A stretch of DNA of 64,000 nt from NCBI GenBank assembly GCA_051362555.1, contig CM120642.1, positions 7,874,001-7,938,000 of the forward strand, written 5' to 3'. This DNA comes from Lingula anatina (lineage: Eukaryota; Animalia; Brachiopoda). The position numbers and the translations under genes were made by a program. Shown in pieces: positions 42,380 through 52,958 of this stretch; positions within the stretch are counted from its first letter, which is position 1, and every line of letters begins with the position of its first letter. Below the pieces are notes generated by a model, which saw only the letters and a program-made list of their open reading frames with translations, was not told where the DNA came from and did not search any database.

Positions 42380-43809
42380 AGTAATAGTTCCATTCTATGA
42401 AAAGCGCTATACATGCGTCCAAGCGCTGTTTACATATGAATATAAAAACTAAAAATACACAGATCATTTTAGAACTTATATAAGAGAAAGTTAAGCTAAA
42501 AGATACAGGTTAATTAAAAAATTTAAATAAAAAGTTTTTGTGTTTTTTTAGTTCTTTGAAAACAATGATAGGAGTCATTAAAAGAACATTTGCTTTATTA
42601 ATGTAATTGGACCATAAAATTGATGCTGTAGTGTCAAAAGCCCTGTGACCATACGTTTTATTTCTTTTTATTGTATCATCCCGCTTTAGTTGAATTCGAC
42701 CACTGAATCTTACACACAGTTTGTTTGTTAATCTCATTCGCCGTTAAATAAAAATGTACTCACAATCTTAAAATATGTGTCACATCCGAACACTTTTGGA
42801 AGAGTGACGTCTTCCGCCATCTCTAAACTTATACTGGCGTCTAAGTAGAGTTTGTGGTTCTTATAATGACTGGAATTAATACATAAATGTAAAGGTAGAA
42901 CAACTTAACTTACAAACATCAAATACGCAGCTTTTTTTAATTTATTTAAAAAAAGTAGAGAGTAATCATGTTATTTTTAAAAATAATATAGTACAATTTA
43001 TAGCTATGGCCGTCATCCGGTACGTGACCTACCTCTGTAAAGAAATTGAGTGTCCGTGTGACAGAGAGTCCGCCCTCCATTAGATTCATACAGGTTTACA
43101 TGACGTAAGTGGGTCATATTCTAAGTGGCCTTACCTGGACAAGGGAATGGGAACCGGTGATGGTGGGCGGGTGAAAAGACAGCCTCAATGTTGGCTGTCT
43201 TTGACAAGGTACACCGTCACGCTGAGATGATGGCCCGAGGCTGCACACCCGGGGAGGCGTGGGAAGGGCATTCAGAAAGGGGCGGGAGTTATATAGCAGG
43301 ATTTTTATGCAAAAGGACCTGCATTAGTCAAGGAAATAAGCGTGGTGAACTTTAAAGATAAAGATACCTAAGTTAGCTTACTTGAGATAATCATCCATAT
43401 ACATGAACATATGCCCAAAGTGATTCTTGTCGACTGAGGTGTTTTTAAACATTACGTTGAATACTTGATGTCCAAATTTCTCTCTCAGGTAATCCTCGCT
43501 CTTCCATTTTTCCACTGCTGGCCAGTGCTTTACTCCACCTCGCACTATCAAAGGGACAGATTTTCTCATATAGTCCCTGTAAAAAGTCTCCGGGTCAGGA
43601 AATTCGTCTAGCTCGACGATCCCCTTCTCTTCATCTGCGTGGTATCCGAAAGGGCGCAAGTGTCCCTTGGGTGGAGTACCTTGTGTGGGATCGGCGTCAC
43701 TTACGGATAAAGTTTGTGAAACATCTTCAAGTTTTGGGCCTAGAAAAACCCAGGCCAAAGCTAACAGCACAGGAATTGCACCAACGTACAACTTTCCCTG
43801 ATACTCCAT
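38805..43809 (-). CDS. JmjC-AKR fusion, paralog B, 641 aa, 7 exons
   Basis: Exons 43809-43382, 42869-42764, 41831-41666, 41501-41232, 40598-40437, 39862-39778, 39513-38805 (1926 nt). Same exon sizes and phases as A except exon 5, which is 3 nt shorter. Confidence 0.92.
40792..41119. mobile_element. Kolobok-like MITE, inverted copy, in intron 4 of paralog B
   Basis: agggataacaattattcgtatgaga ... gaagagttattatccct|ttaa; shares the internal gaccacgtgacctc motif with 35842-36179. Confidence 0.75.
41992..42290. repeat. ~170-bp tandem duplication in intron 2 of paralog B
   Basis: tatttcttgcttaaaataagatcagtatttcagtgactgagc... occurs at ~41992 and ~42161. Confidence 0.85.
42400..42740 (-). mobile_element. 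Decayed 3' end of an L2/CR1-type LINE
   Basis: Minus-strand peptide KTYGHRAFDTTASILWSN...FKELKKHKNFLFK resembles the C-terminal YGxRAF..AAP.LWN..FK..LK..LF tail of L2/CR1 ORF2. Confidence 0.5.
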
Positions 43810-43914
43810 TCTATACTGGAGTGAATACAAGTTAAATACAGCAAGTCAATTGTCTCGTTCTCAGGGCAAATGATAAAGGCTGCATGCGGCCAAGACGAGG
43901 CAACGGTGCGTAGA

Positions 43915-44880
43915 GTGTTTTAAAATGCATTTACGCAGGGGATTCGCATCAACAAGTCCTCGTCAAAGCCTTTCTGTTCCGCACCAGTTTCCACCAAAAG
44001 AATTACCTTGCTTAAAGAATCCGTGAGTCAAAAAGGTCATGGTTACAGTCTCATCTCGACTTCAGGTGATCATACAACATGGTAACAGCTGAATGGTTGG
44101 AAAGAAAACATAGTTTTAAAGGGAGAGCAATATAAGGTTAAAATACCTGTCTTCAAACGATCAAAAGACCAAAAAGATATCTCAGGGGGTTATTTACATA
44201 AACATATGTGAACATTTTATGGTGTACTACACTTATGGTGTATTATTTGCAAACTATATAATGTCACTTTTTACTTAATGTTGACCACTTTTCATATTGG
44301 AAAGTAGTTGTATAAAACAGACAAAATAATGGGGCTAGACAATATTATGCAAATTCTACACAAACTGTGTGCCACAGTGTTTTAAATGCATTTAAAAGAA
44401 GGTTGGATTCTCAAGGGATTCTCATCAACAACTGCTCGTAAAAGCCTTCTGTTCCGCACCAGTTTCCATCATAAGAATTATCTTGCTTAAAGAACCTGTG
44501 AGTCCAAAAGGTCATGGCCACAATGTCTTCACCAATTCAGGTGGACGTAACCTGGCAACAGTCTAATCGTTGGAAAGAAAAAATAGTTTTGAAGGGAGAG
44601 CAACATAAGATACGTATCTTCATATGAAAAGAAACGACCGAATGAGATTCTCGGTTTTAAAAGGCACTTTGTGTTCGATCCAACTTACATGTTATTTGTT
44701 ATTTACATATGGGTCATCCCACGAAACGGTACACATTTGGGTCACATCGGTGACGAGAACATATTCTGTAACATTTTCAAGCTGTTTAATGTCACTGATT
44801 ACTTTTAAGATTATTTTTAATTACATTAAAATGTTGATTTCTTTCAATATTGGTAAGTAGTAATATAAAACAGAAAAAAT
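43915..44880. repeat. Diverged ~460-bp tandem duplication in the divergent B/C intergenic region
   Basis: 43915-~44330 aligns with 44377-~44880 (e.g. ttctgttccgcaccagtttcca, ttgcttaaagaa, aaaaggtcatgg, ttggaaagaaaa...aagggagagcaa). Confidence 0.8.
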
Positions 44881-45030
44881 ATGTGGAATGACCCAGATAG
44901 AACTTTAAAATAAATTTTTAATTTCTCAATAACTTTCCTTTTTTTCTACGGTACTGACAGTGTGCGCACTACCTCCGCCCACACCTACAAACGGACCTTA
45001 ACAACTAAGTGCAGGCAACCGATACCAATA

Positions 45031-45160
45031 TACCCTCTACCAGGGAGACAGACTGATTTTTCACAGATATTCACAGTTATGTCTCTGGATAAACAGACAG
45101 CTATTTTTGTATGAATTTTTCCGTTTTTCCCAAATAATCCACCACCCTGGTAGAGGGTAG
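45031..45160. mobile_element. Short MITE, TACCCTCTACCAGGG TIR family
   Basis: Perfect 15-bp TIR taccctctaccaggg / ccctggtagagggta. Confidence 0.8.
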
Positions 45161-45984
45161 TACCGATAGGTGGGGTATGACAAAAGGTAAAAATGCCTCT
45201 TAAATTGAAAAAAGAGAAAAATGTGGTCATTAATTATAGAATTAAAAATCCACAAATTGTGTTTTAAGCTTTATGTACATTTACCTACAGGTACGGGATG
45301 ACAGCTTTTCATATGAGATTCATAATTTCACAATAAATATAACGTAAACAGCATACAGAAATATAATAGGACCTTCATACATGTAGATGGCTACCCTCCG
45401 TAATAATCTCTCCGTAATAAAAGAGATTATTACAAAAAGAACACACTTGAAAAAACCATCGACTAACTCTGAAGGTCGAAACAGATTCATTAACCATTGG
45501 AAATGTGACAAAACTGTCGTTTACCCAGGAAAGTCCGTTTTATGCAATTTTTCCTGCCAAAATGATAAGTTGTCATCCCTGTAATGGTCAAGCCAATAAT
45601 GGAGGGTCACAGCGGTTTTGATGGAATATAAAAACCTTTTGAAAAGCGGCAGAGCGCATCTACTGTCTTGGGTCTGTATTCGAAAAGTTCACTCGGCGCT
45701 CAGTTAGTGCAGGGAATTATAACGGATATAATACATTTCTGATTTTCACGCGTGACAGGAAACTTATGATGCATTTGTTCAGTATCTGAAACGATCTTAT
45801 TGAGGAAGCATTCACCCTACACACATATTAGCGCTTAGACCGGCCTTCAGTCAGACTTGAGTAATATGAGAGAAGTGTTAGCGAGTGGAACTTTTTATTC
45901 ACCCAAGCTCTAGTGTAAAACGGTGCGTTCTTCACTTCGTATCGTACGCTGTCGAGTGTCAGGACAAAAAACTCCGTTACCAAT

Positions 45985-46426
45985 ATGGAGTACCAGATTA
46001 AAGTGTGTATTGGGGCAATCCCAGTGATTATAGCATTGGCTTGGACTTTCTTAGGGTCGAACCCAGGGGACGGCGTTGCACGGATATTGAATGTTAAGCC
46101 GGACGAGGCCGAATACATGGGACAGGCCCCAAGGGGGCACATGCTTCCTTACGGACACCATGTCGAGGAGCCAAAGGCCATCGTAGAGCTAGATCATTTT
46201 CCTGATCCAGAGACTTTTTATAGGGAATATGTTCACAAATCCGTCCCTTTGGTGGTTCGAGGGGGGTTGAAGCACTGGCCTGCAGTGCAAAAATGGAAAA
46301 GTGAAGATTATTTGAGAGAGAAGTTTGGAGGGAATGTGTTTCAAGTTATGTATAAGAACGCGACAGCCGACAAGGAGCATTACTCTTTCATGTCTATGAC
46401 TATGGACATGTTTCTGGAGTAAGTAC

Positions 46427-46465
<39 letters not shown>

Positions 46466-49400
46466 ATTATTGATATCGCCGACATTATATTTTTACTGTT
46501 TAATTCTTCAATACAATCTTGAGGCTCTATATGCAGAATACGGTGCAAAATTATCCAGTATTTGAGATTGAAGGTATACTTTCTGCGTTTGTCCCAAAGT
46601 TATATTTTCTGCGTCTACATATTTTGCAAAGCTACTTATCTTTCCCAATTCAAAACGATAAACCGCCTCAAATAAAAGCACCTAAGGTAGATATCTCTTT
46701 GTCATATGTACGAGAAAACATGGCGGTCTGAATGAATTGAGCACTAAATTACTGAATTAGAAATGGTATAAAACATCGAAACCAATAGCTGGTACGGGTG
46801 GAGAAATGATTTGTAAATAAGAAAATATTGCTTTTTAACGAGGATCATTCGATTTGGTGGCAAAGTTCCAGATAGGATACCTTTAATTCGTGAAGAAATC
46901 TGACGTTAACGAGACTGCAGTGCCTTATAAAATGACCCTTTACACTTCAGTGATTACAAGAACTATAAGCTATACTTGGACTCACAGATATCTATAGAAA
47001 TGGCAGAGGACATAACCTTGCCTGGTTACTTTGGATGCGACCACTTTCTAAAGCTGGTATGCTATGTTTTGCATAAACCCTTAAAGGAATCTGTGGTTTT
47101 TAAAATTAGTGTTGCAAAAACAGATTATCATAAAATTGATGTTGACGATCGCTGAAGCACAATGCGCATGCACACACACACACACTGCATTTTAATTCTA
47201 AGGATGATAACACTTTGACACCTTAATTCCCAACAGATGACTGGGGTCAACATATTCTTCAATTCGGGTTGGTCGAGCACCGAGAACCACCTTGACATTA
47301 CGGAGACGTTCTTCGCTCAGGTGGTGGGCGGACGACAGTGGATCCTGACGCCCCCGCAAGACGGACAATATCTGTACACAGACAACTTCACGTGGCATTC
47401 GGGTAATTCATAAGTTTCATTCATGCTAGATTTTATTTTCACCTTTTGGGTCTCTTTTTACGTGGCAGGAACGAGACAGAACGTGGAAATCAAAGGGAAG
47501 TTAATAAAAGAAAAAAAATTAAAAGCACAGCTAATTTCAGATTTTAAATGAATTTACTTCTTAAAGTGACTTCTTATTCAATTATCTTCTCCCACTGAAA
47601 TTTTTTAGATTATTTGATTTATCGAACATACAGGAACCCCAATATTTTACTGCAATGATACGGCCACTACAAGGGTTCGGACACTACATGGATAATATAT
47701 GTGTGCCTCCTCTGTACTAAAAAAATATGAAAAATAGGAATTATGTCCTTCATTCAACATTAAATGAATAGGCATAGGTTATGGTACAGGTTGATTTTGA
47801 CTAGGATCTTACCAATATTTCTTATGCCTTGTCCAGTGTGGCATGAGTTACGCCGTTTTCACGTAGCGCATTAGAGGAGTGTTTCAAGTTATCTCTTAAA
47901 CTGAGGGTGCAAAACAGACAATGTGTCTAACTTTTGTTAGTTATAATGAAAAATAAGTACATGTCAATCTTCACCTTCACACCCTACCTATTTTCGGTTA
48001 TAATAATTATAATTATATTGCACTCAAGGTATATCCCCTGTGGATAAAGAAGCAGTAGACCTGTACCGTTACCCGGACGTCGCCAAAGTGGACATTTATA
48101 ACGTCACAGCCTACGAGGGGGACATCGTGTACTGCCCAGAGGGGTGGTTCCACCAGGTCAGCGCAGTAGGTGGACCAAACATAGCCATTGCCTGGTACCT
48201 CTATGACTACGACTGCCAGACTAAATGCAAAATGACCACGTACCAAACCTATGTAGACTGCTGTACTGACATACGGAATAGTAGACCAGATGGTATGATA
48301 CTGTTGATGTTGTTGCTGTTTAAATATTGAGGGAGTCAGAGTTCATAAACAGATATCATGAATTTCTAAAGAACACTCTTAACATCCGGGATTTGGATTA
48401 TTTACATTTATTACAAGTTACTTTGCGCAATCTCTCTCTATCTTTCTCTCTGATTTTGCACTGATACATTCCCCTCTCCCCAGTACATTAAAAACACATA
48501 ACTCAGTCATTATTTATCTTGCAGAGATTTCTTGCCATATAAAACCGGAAGAGATGCCTCTGGCTACATTGCTTCGTGCGTACGTCGATGACGTACCATT
48601 TGCGGCAGATCTGGACGCAAGAACACTGGAAATATTTTCTCAACCAGAACCTTTCCAGTTAAACAGTGGATATGACAGTAAGATTAATATGTATTGTTGT
48701 TATTATATTCTTTACGTATATACAAAAATAACTTTCTTTGCTATTCAATGAAGTACGGTGTTTGATTACAGAAACTGAAGGGTATTCCATTGGAACATCA
48801 CCCTGATGTATGCTTCATACGTAGACATACAAATTACCGTTTCCATTTCTTTAACTTACCAAGGTGCAAAATGAAATCTTTGCTGTCTTTCCTCAATTGT
48901 GACCTTTTCTTTGTTTCAATCAGTGCCGATACTAGGCCTTGGACTTGGGGGCATGGCAGAAGAGAAAATTGAAACCGCCGTTAAAAGTGCATTAAAATTT
49001 GGATACAGGTAAATAATAACTATTTTTCTTGCTCGTGCAAATGTATTGTTCTTACATTACCAAAGACGATCTTTTAAGAGGCCTTTCTGTTTTTCAGACT
49101 TTTTGACACAGACCCTGTGGACGAATCTGAGAAAATATTAGGATCTTTTCTTGCAAATAACAAGAATTTTAAAAGAGAAGACGTTTTCATTATTGTCAAG
49201 GTGCATCCAAAGGATCTGGGAAAAGCCGCCACCAGAAAATCGGTTGAACGCTCGTTGGAGAGGTTGAGAACCGACTATTTGGATCTTGTTTTGATTAAAG
49301 CGCCATCTTGTGAGTCCAAAGAACACAGTTGCGAGACAACTGGCACGTGGCAAGAATCGTGGGAAAGTTTGGAAGATTTGAAGACCATGGGTAGCGTTCG

Positions 49401-49827
49401 CTCCTTGGGGGTGAGCAACTTTAAAATCTCTCAACTCAAGGAACTTTTGTCCATAGCAAAGGCTCCAGTTTCGGTGGTCCAATGCAGGTTTAACATTTTA
49501 TTAAGACGAGAAAAGATGCGGAATTTTTGTAGAAAACATGGCATACGCTTCATGGCCCACAGTCTGCTGGGATATGATATGGTGCCCTCTTTCGGCGTAA
49601 ACCCACTCATGGAAGGTAATAACGCGGTAACTATTGCCGCCAGGTTGCTGCACACCAGCCCAGCTACTCTTATGGTCAGATGGGCGTTGGAGCAAAACGT
49701 TACCGTGGTTCCAAAAACGTCCCATCCTTTCCACCTATTACTCAACGTACAAGCACAGGAAGGCTTAGACTTGGATGAGAGACCGGAAGTGAGGGAAATG
49801 TTAGATAGGATGCCGCATACCAGTTGA
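45985..49827 (+). CDS. JmjC-AKR fusion, paralog C (more divergent), 645 aa, 7 exons
   Basis: Exons 45985-46418, 46951-47056, 47237-47402, 48029-48292, 48525-48677, 48924-49008, 49098-49827 (1938 nt). HLD and GDIVYCPEGWFHQV; AKR LNSGYDMPILGLG, GYRLFD, SLGVSNF, VVQ, VVPKTS. Confidence 0.92.
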
Positions 49828-51241
49828 AATTCATTGTCAAATTTGATGTGGCACTAACGTGTCGATACTCTTGGTCAGGAGAGGGTTGGTCATGCAGAAA
49901 GGGAATTTCACATTTTATTAAAGATGGATAGTTTACATATTGTCTCAGACGGTTTCAAATCGTCTTTTTCACACAGGTCCAGGTATCATAATTCACTTCT
50001 AACGCTTCACGCACAGCATTCTGCGATGAAGATAACACGGCTTGGACGTCACATAAGAAATGCCAGAGCAAGACCTGCCTCCTCAGCTAAAAATTCCGGT
50101 GTAAACGAAACAAACCGCAAAAAAGTGTTGGGGAGTATCAAAGGCTGATACATGTATTAATTAAAAATTACCGATTCTTGAGATATGAGGACGTGGGGTT
50201 AAATGAGCTCTAATACACCAAGGGCGTCGTCGTTACAGAATTGACCTCAATTCATTTGTTGCGCAAAAACGAAAGAGATACTTCTGTTATTTGCAAAGAC
50301 AGACTGGGCAGGTCGTTGAGGATGTTATTTGGCGGGCCCGTAATATTTGTCGATGCATAATGAGAAGGAAAAAAACAGTTAAATTATTGTTGAAATGCGC
50401 ATTAATTGATTAGGTATTCAGAGTGAAAAGTAATGGAGATCCGACTTCTTTTTTCTTAGTCTCCTTTACTAGTTCTAAAGATGTGAACATCTTGGATGTT
50501 ATCAAGATATCAAAAGACAGAATACAGGATATAAATAGTCTTAAGATTTCCTACTTTTTATACAAAATCTCTACTTGTATCAAGTGACATGTTTGGTGTA
50601 TCTTTATGTTTAACTTTCTAATGAAAAAAAAATTCAAATCTTCCTTTTTTTCCAAAAGTACTACTCCAGCACAGACAACAACAATAATAATAATAATAAA
50701 ATAATAAATAAATAACAAAAAATGGATAAATAAATAAGCTTGTACTGAAAGTCAGACACCTTTCCAAGACTGAACATAAGTTGCCTACATAACAATTTTG
50801 ATGGATAGTAATGCCAAAACTCCATCAGGCAGTTACACATGTGGTGGGCAATACAGGAATGTTGTAAATGAATGACCAATTAAGAATCTGCCCCATTCAT
50901 GAAAAACAGAAAATAAAAATGTCAACAAAACTTACTATTACCCCAAATATTAAGAACCTCTCATAAAAGGATATTCCTCACAGTTTTCTAAAAACTATAA
51001 AGGTTTTGTGACTCTTCATTAAAGATTCATGATTGTTTGTAAAAATTCAATCTCCTAACTTGTTTGTTTGTATAATTCTACCTATTTATTTATCACACTC
51101 GTTTTTTTTTTATCTAACAACATAGGAAACTTCTCAGATTCCAGTCAATAGTCCAGCACCACTTTTCTTAAACAAAAATACATCAAGAAAATATTTCTTC
51201 CTTGACATCATACACAAAAGTCTTATTTAGAAGCAGACATC

Positions 51242-52859
51242 TCAGCTAGTGTAAGTCCTCACTGTCTTCCTGGCTTGAGAGTACAAATCAAGCGCCATCT
51301 TGTGTCCATTTCTGCACCAGGGGACATCAGTATTGGAATCACAGTAAAAATAGAGCCCCAAGAGTATGGCTACCATGGCGACTACTATGCCAAAGAATAT
51401 GCTACAACAAGATGCACCACCCCCTGTAAAAAGAAATAACAATTGGTGAATTATTCAAAAAGAACAACTCAATCATATACTTGGTAACAACTATTACTCT
51501 ATATAATCAAAATTCACCTATTTTGTTATTTTCTAAGCAATATTGTTTTTCCAGAAATACACCTTCATCCATCAGATTTAAAGATGTGTTTAAAGTGAGT
51601 TAAGTCAAATCACTGCCTTGAACCCCAACCAAATCCCACCATGAAGTTTCAAATAGCAGAAATTGACGACATTCCTGAAAAATGATATCTGAACAGACAT
51701 TTCAGCTAACTATCATTTGAATAATTATTCTTTATTGGCAGTAAAGTGTCATACATGATTACAGTGTCAATTGGTGGACTTTTAAGAACTGTGAGGGTGC
51801 TAAAGGAGGTCAAATTTACTACCAGAAATTTGAAGAAGATGCTTTTTATTAGGATGACTGAGAGTTAAAATTGGGTTTACCCTTTGGCATACAGGGAATA
51901 TACACTTGTTTATATGTAACATTTTACAATAAATATACACCAAAATGAAAATGCACGCAACAGCATGATTGACACTGCATATTCTTACCAGTCTTGATTG
52001 CCTTTTCCTCAGCACTGTGACCATTGAGTGTCTTCCTGTTTTCAGTTTGTAATGGTACTGTCTCTTCCTTTTCTTGTTGCCTCTTTGCTGCCTGAGATGC
52101 CTCAAATTCTCTCTTCCTTCTTTCTTTCTCTGCTTTCTTTTCTGCCTTTTTCCTTTTGTTTTCCTGTTCTTCTTCTGCCTTTCGAAGATTTTCTTTAGCT
52201 GAAGAAATTTTGAATAAAAAATCTTATCTAATGCCAAAAGAAAAACAAAACTAAAGCATATATGAACTGAACAAAAACGATGTGAACACATTTACACATA
52301 AGGATGTGTCACTGCTAACAATTCAAAATATCACAGACTGAAATGTTAATAAAATGCCTAAACTTAATTTGACATTATTTTCCAACTTGCAGTTATTGTT
52401 TACAAATGCCTGTGTACTTGACATTGACAAAAGATGAAAAATAGAAAAGAGGGTTTAATTTATCTACACAACTGACCTCTTTCTTCGTCTAATTTCTTTT
52501 GTTTCTGTCTATCAAGTTCTGACTGCACTTTCTTCATATATGCCACCATCTAAAGTTAAATATAAAAATATTTATCAATTATTCATTGAAAAGAACATTA
52601 TAGTATCACAGTAAATTAATATGAAGTTTCTTACAAAATCATAAGCTGCTTGGTATACTCTTCAACAGAACTGCTAAATCAAGATAACTAAATGCATATT
52701 GGTGATTGTCGTGGTTAACTTTATTCAAACACACCAACAGGTCAGAGTGAGAAGTACCTCACAGACACAAAAATAATCACATTTACAACCATCAAATTTA
52801 CCATCCACAAAAAAGACCAAACAGGTCCTGGTTTTTACCATTTTGTATTTGTAGGACTG

Positions 52860-52919
<60 letters not shown>

Positions 52920-52923
52920 CAGT

Positions 52924-52958
<35 letters not shown>

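Noticed and set aside
43130-43290. GC-rich intronic stretch resembling a SINE core
   Set aside because: No clear A/B boxes, tail or second copy in the window.
51800-52291. 163-aa Lys/Arg-rich ORF
   Set aside because: Alternative frame over LRRC59 exon 5; the spliced frame is the Glu/Lys coiled coil.
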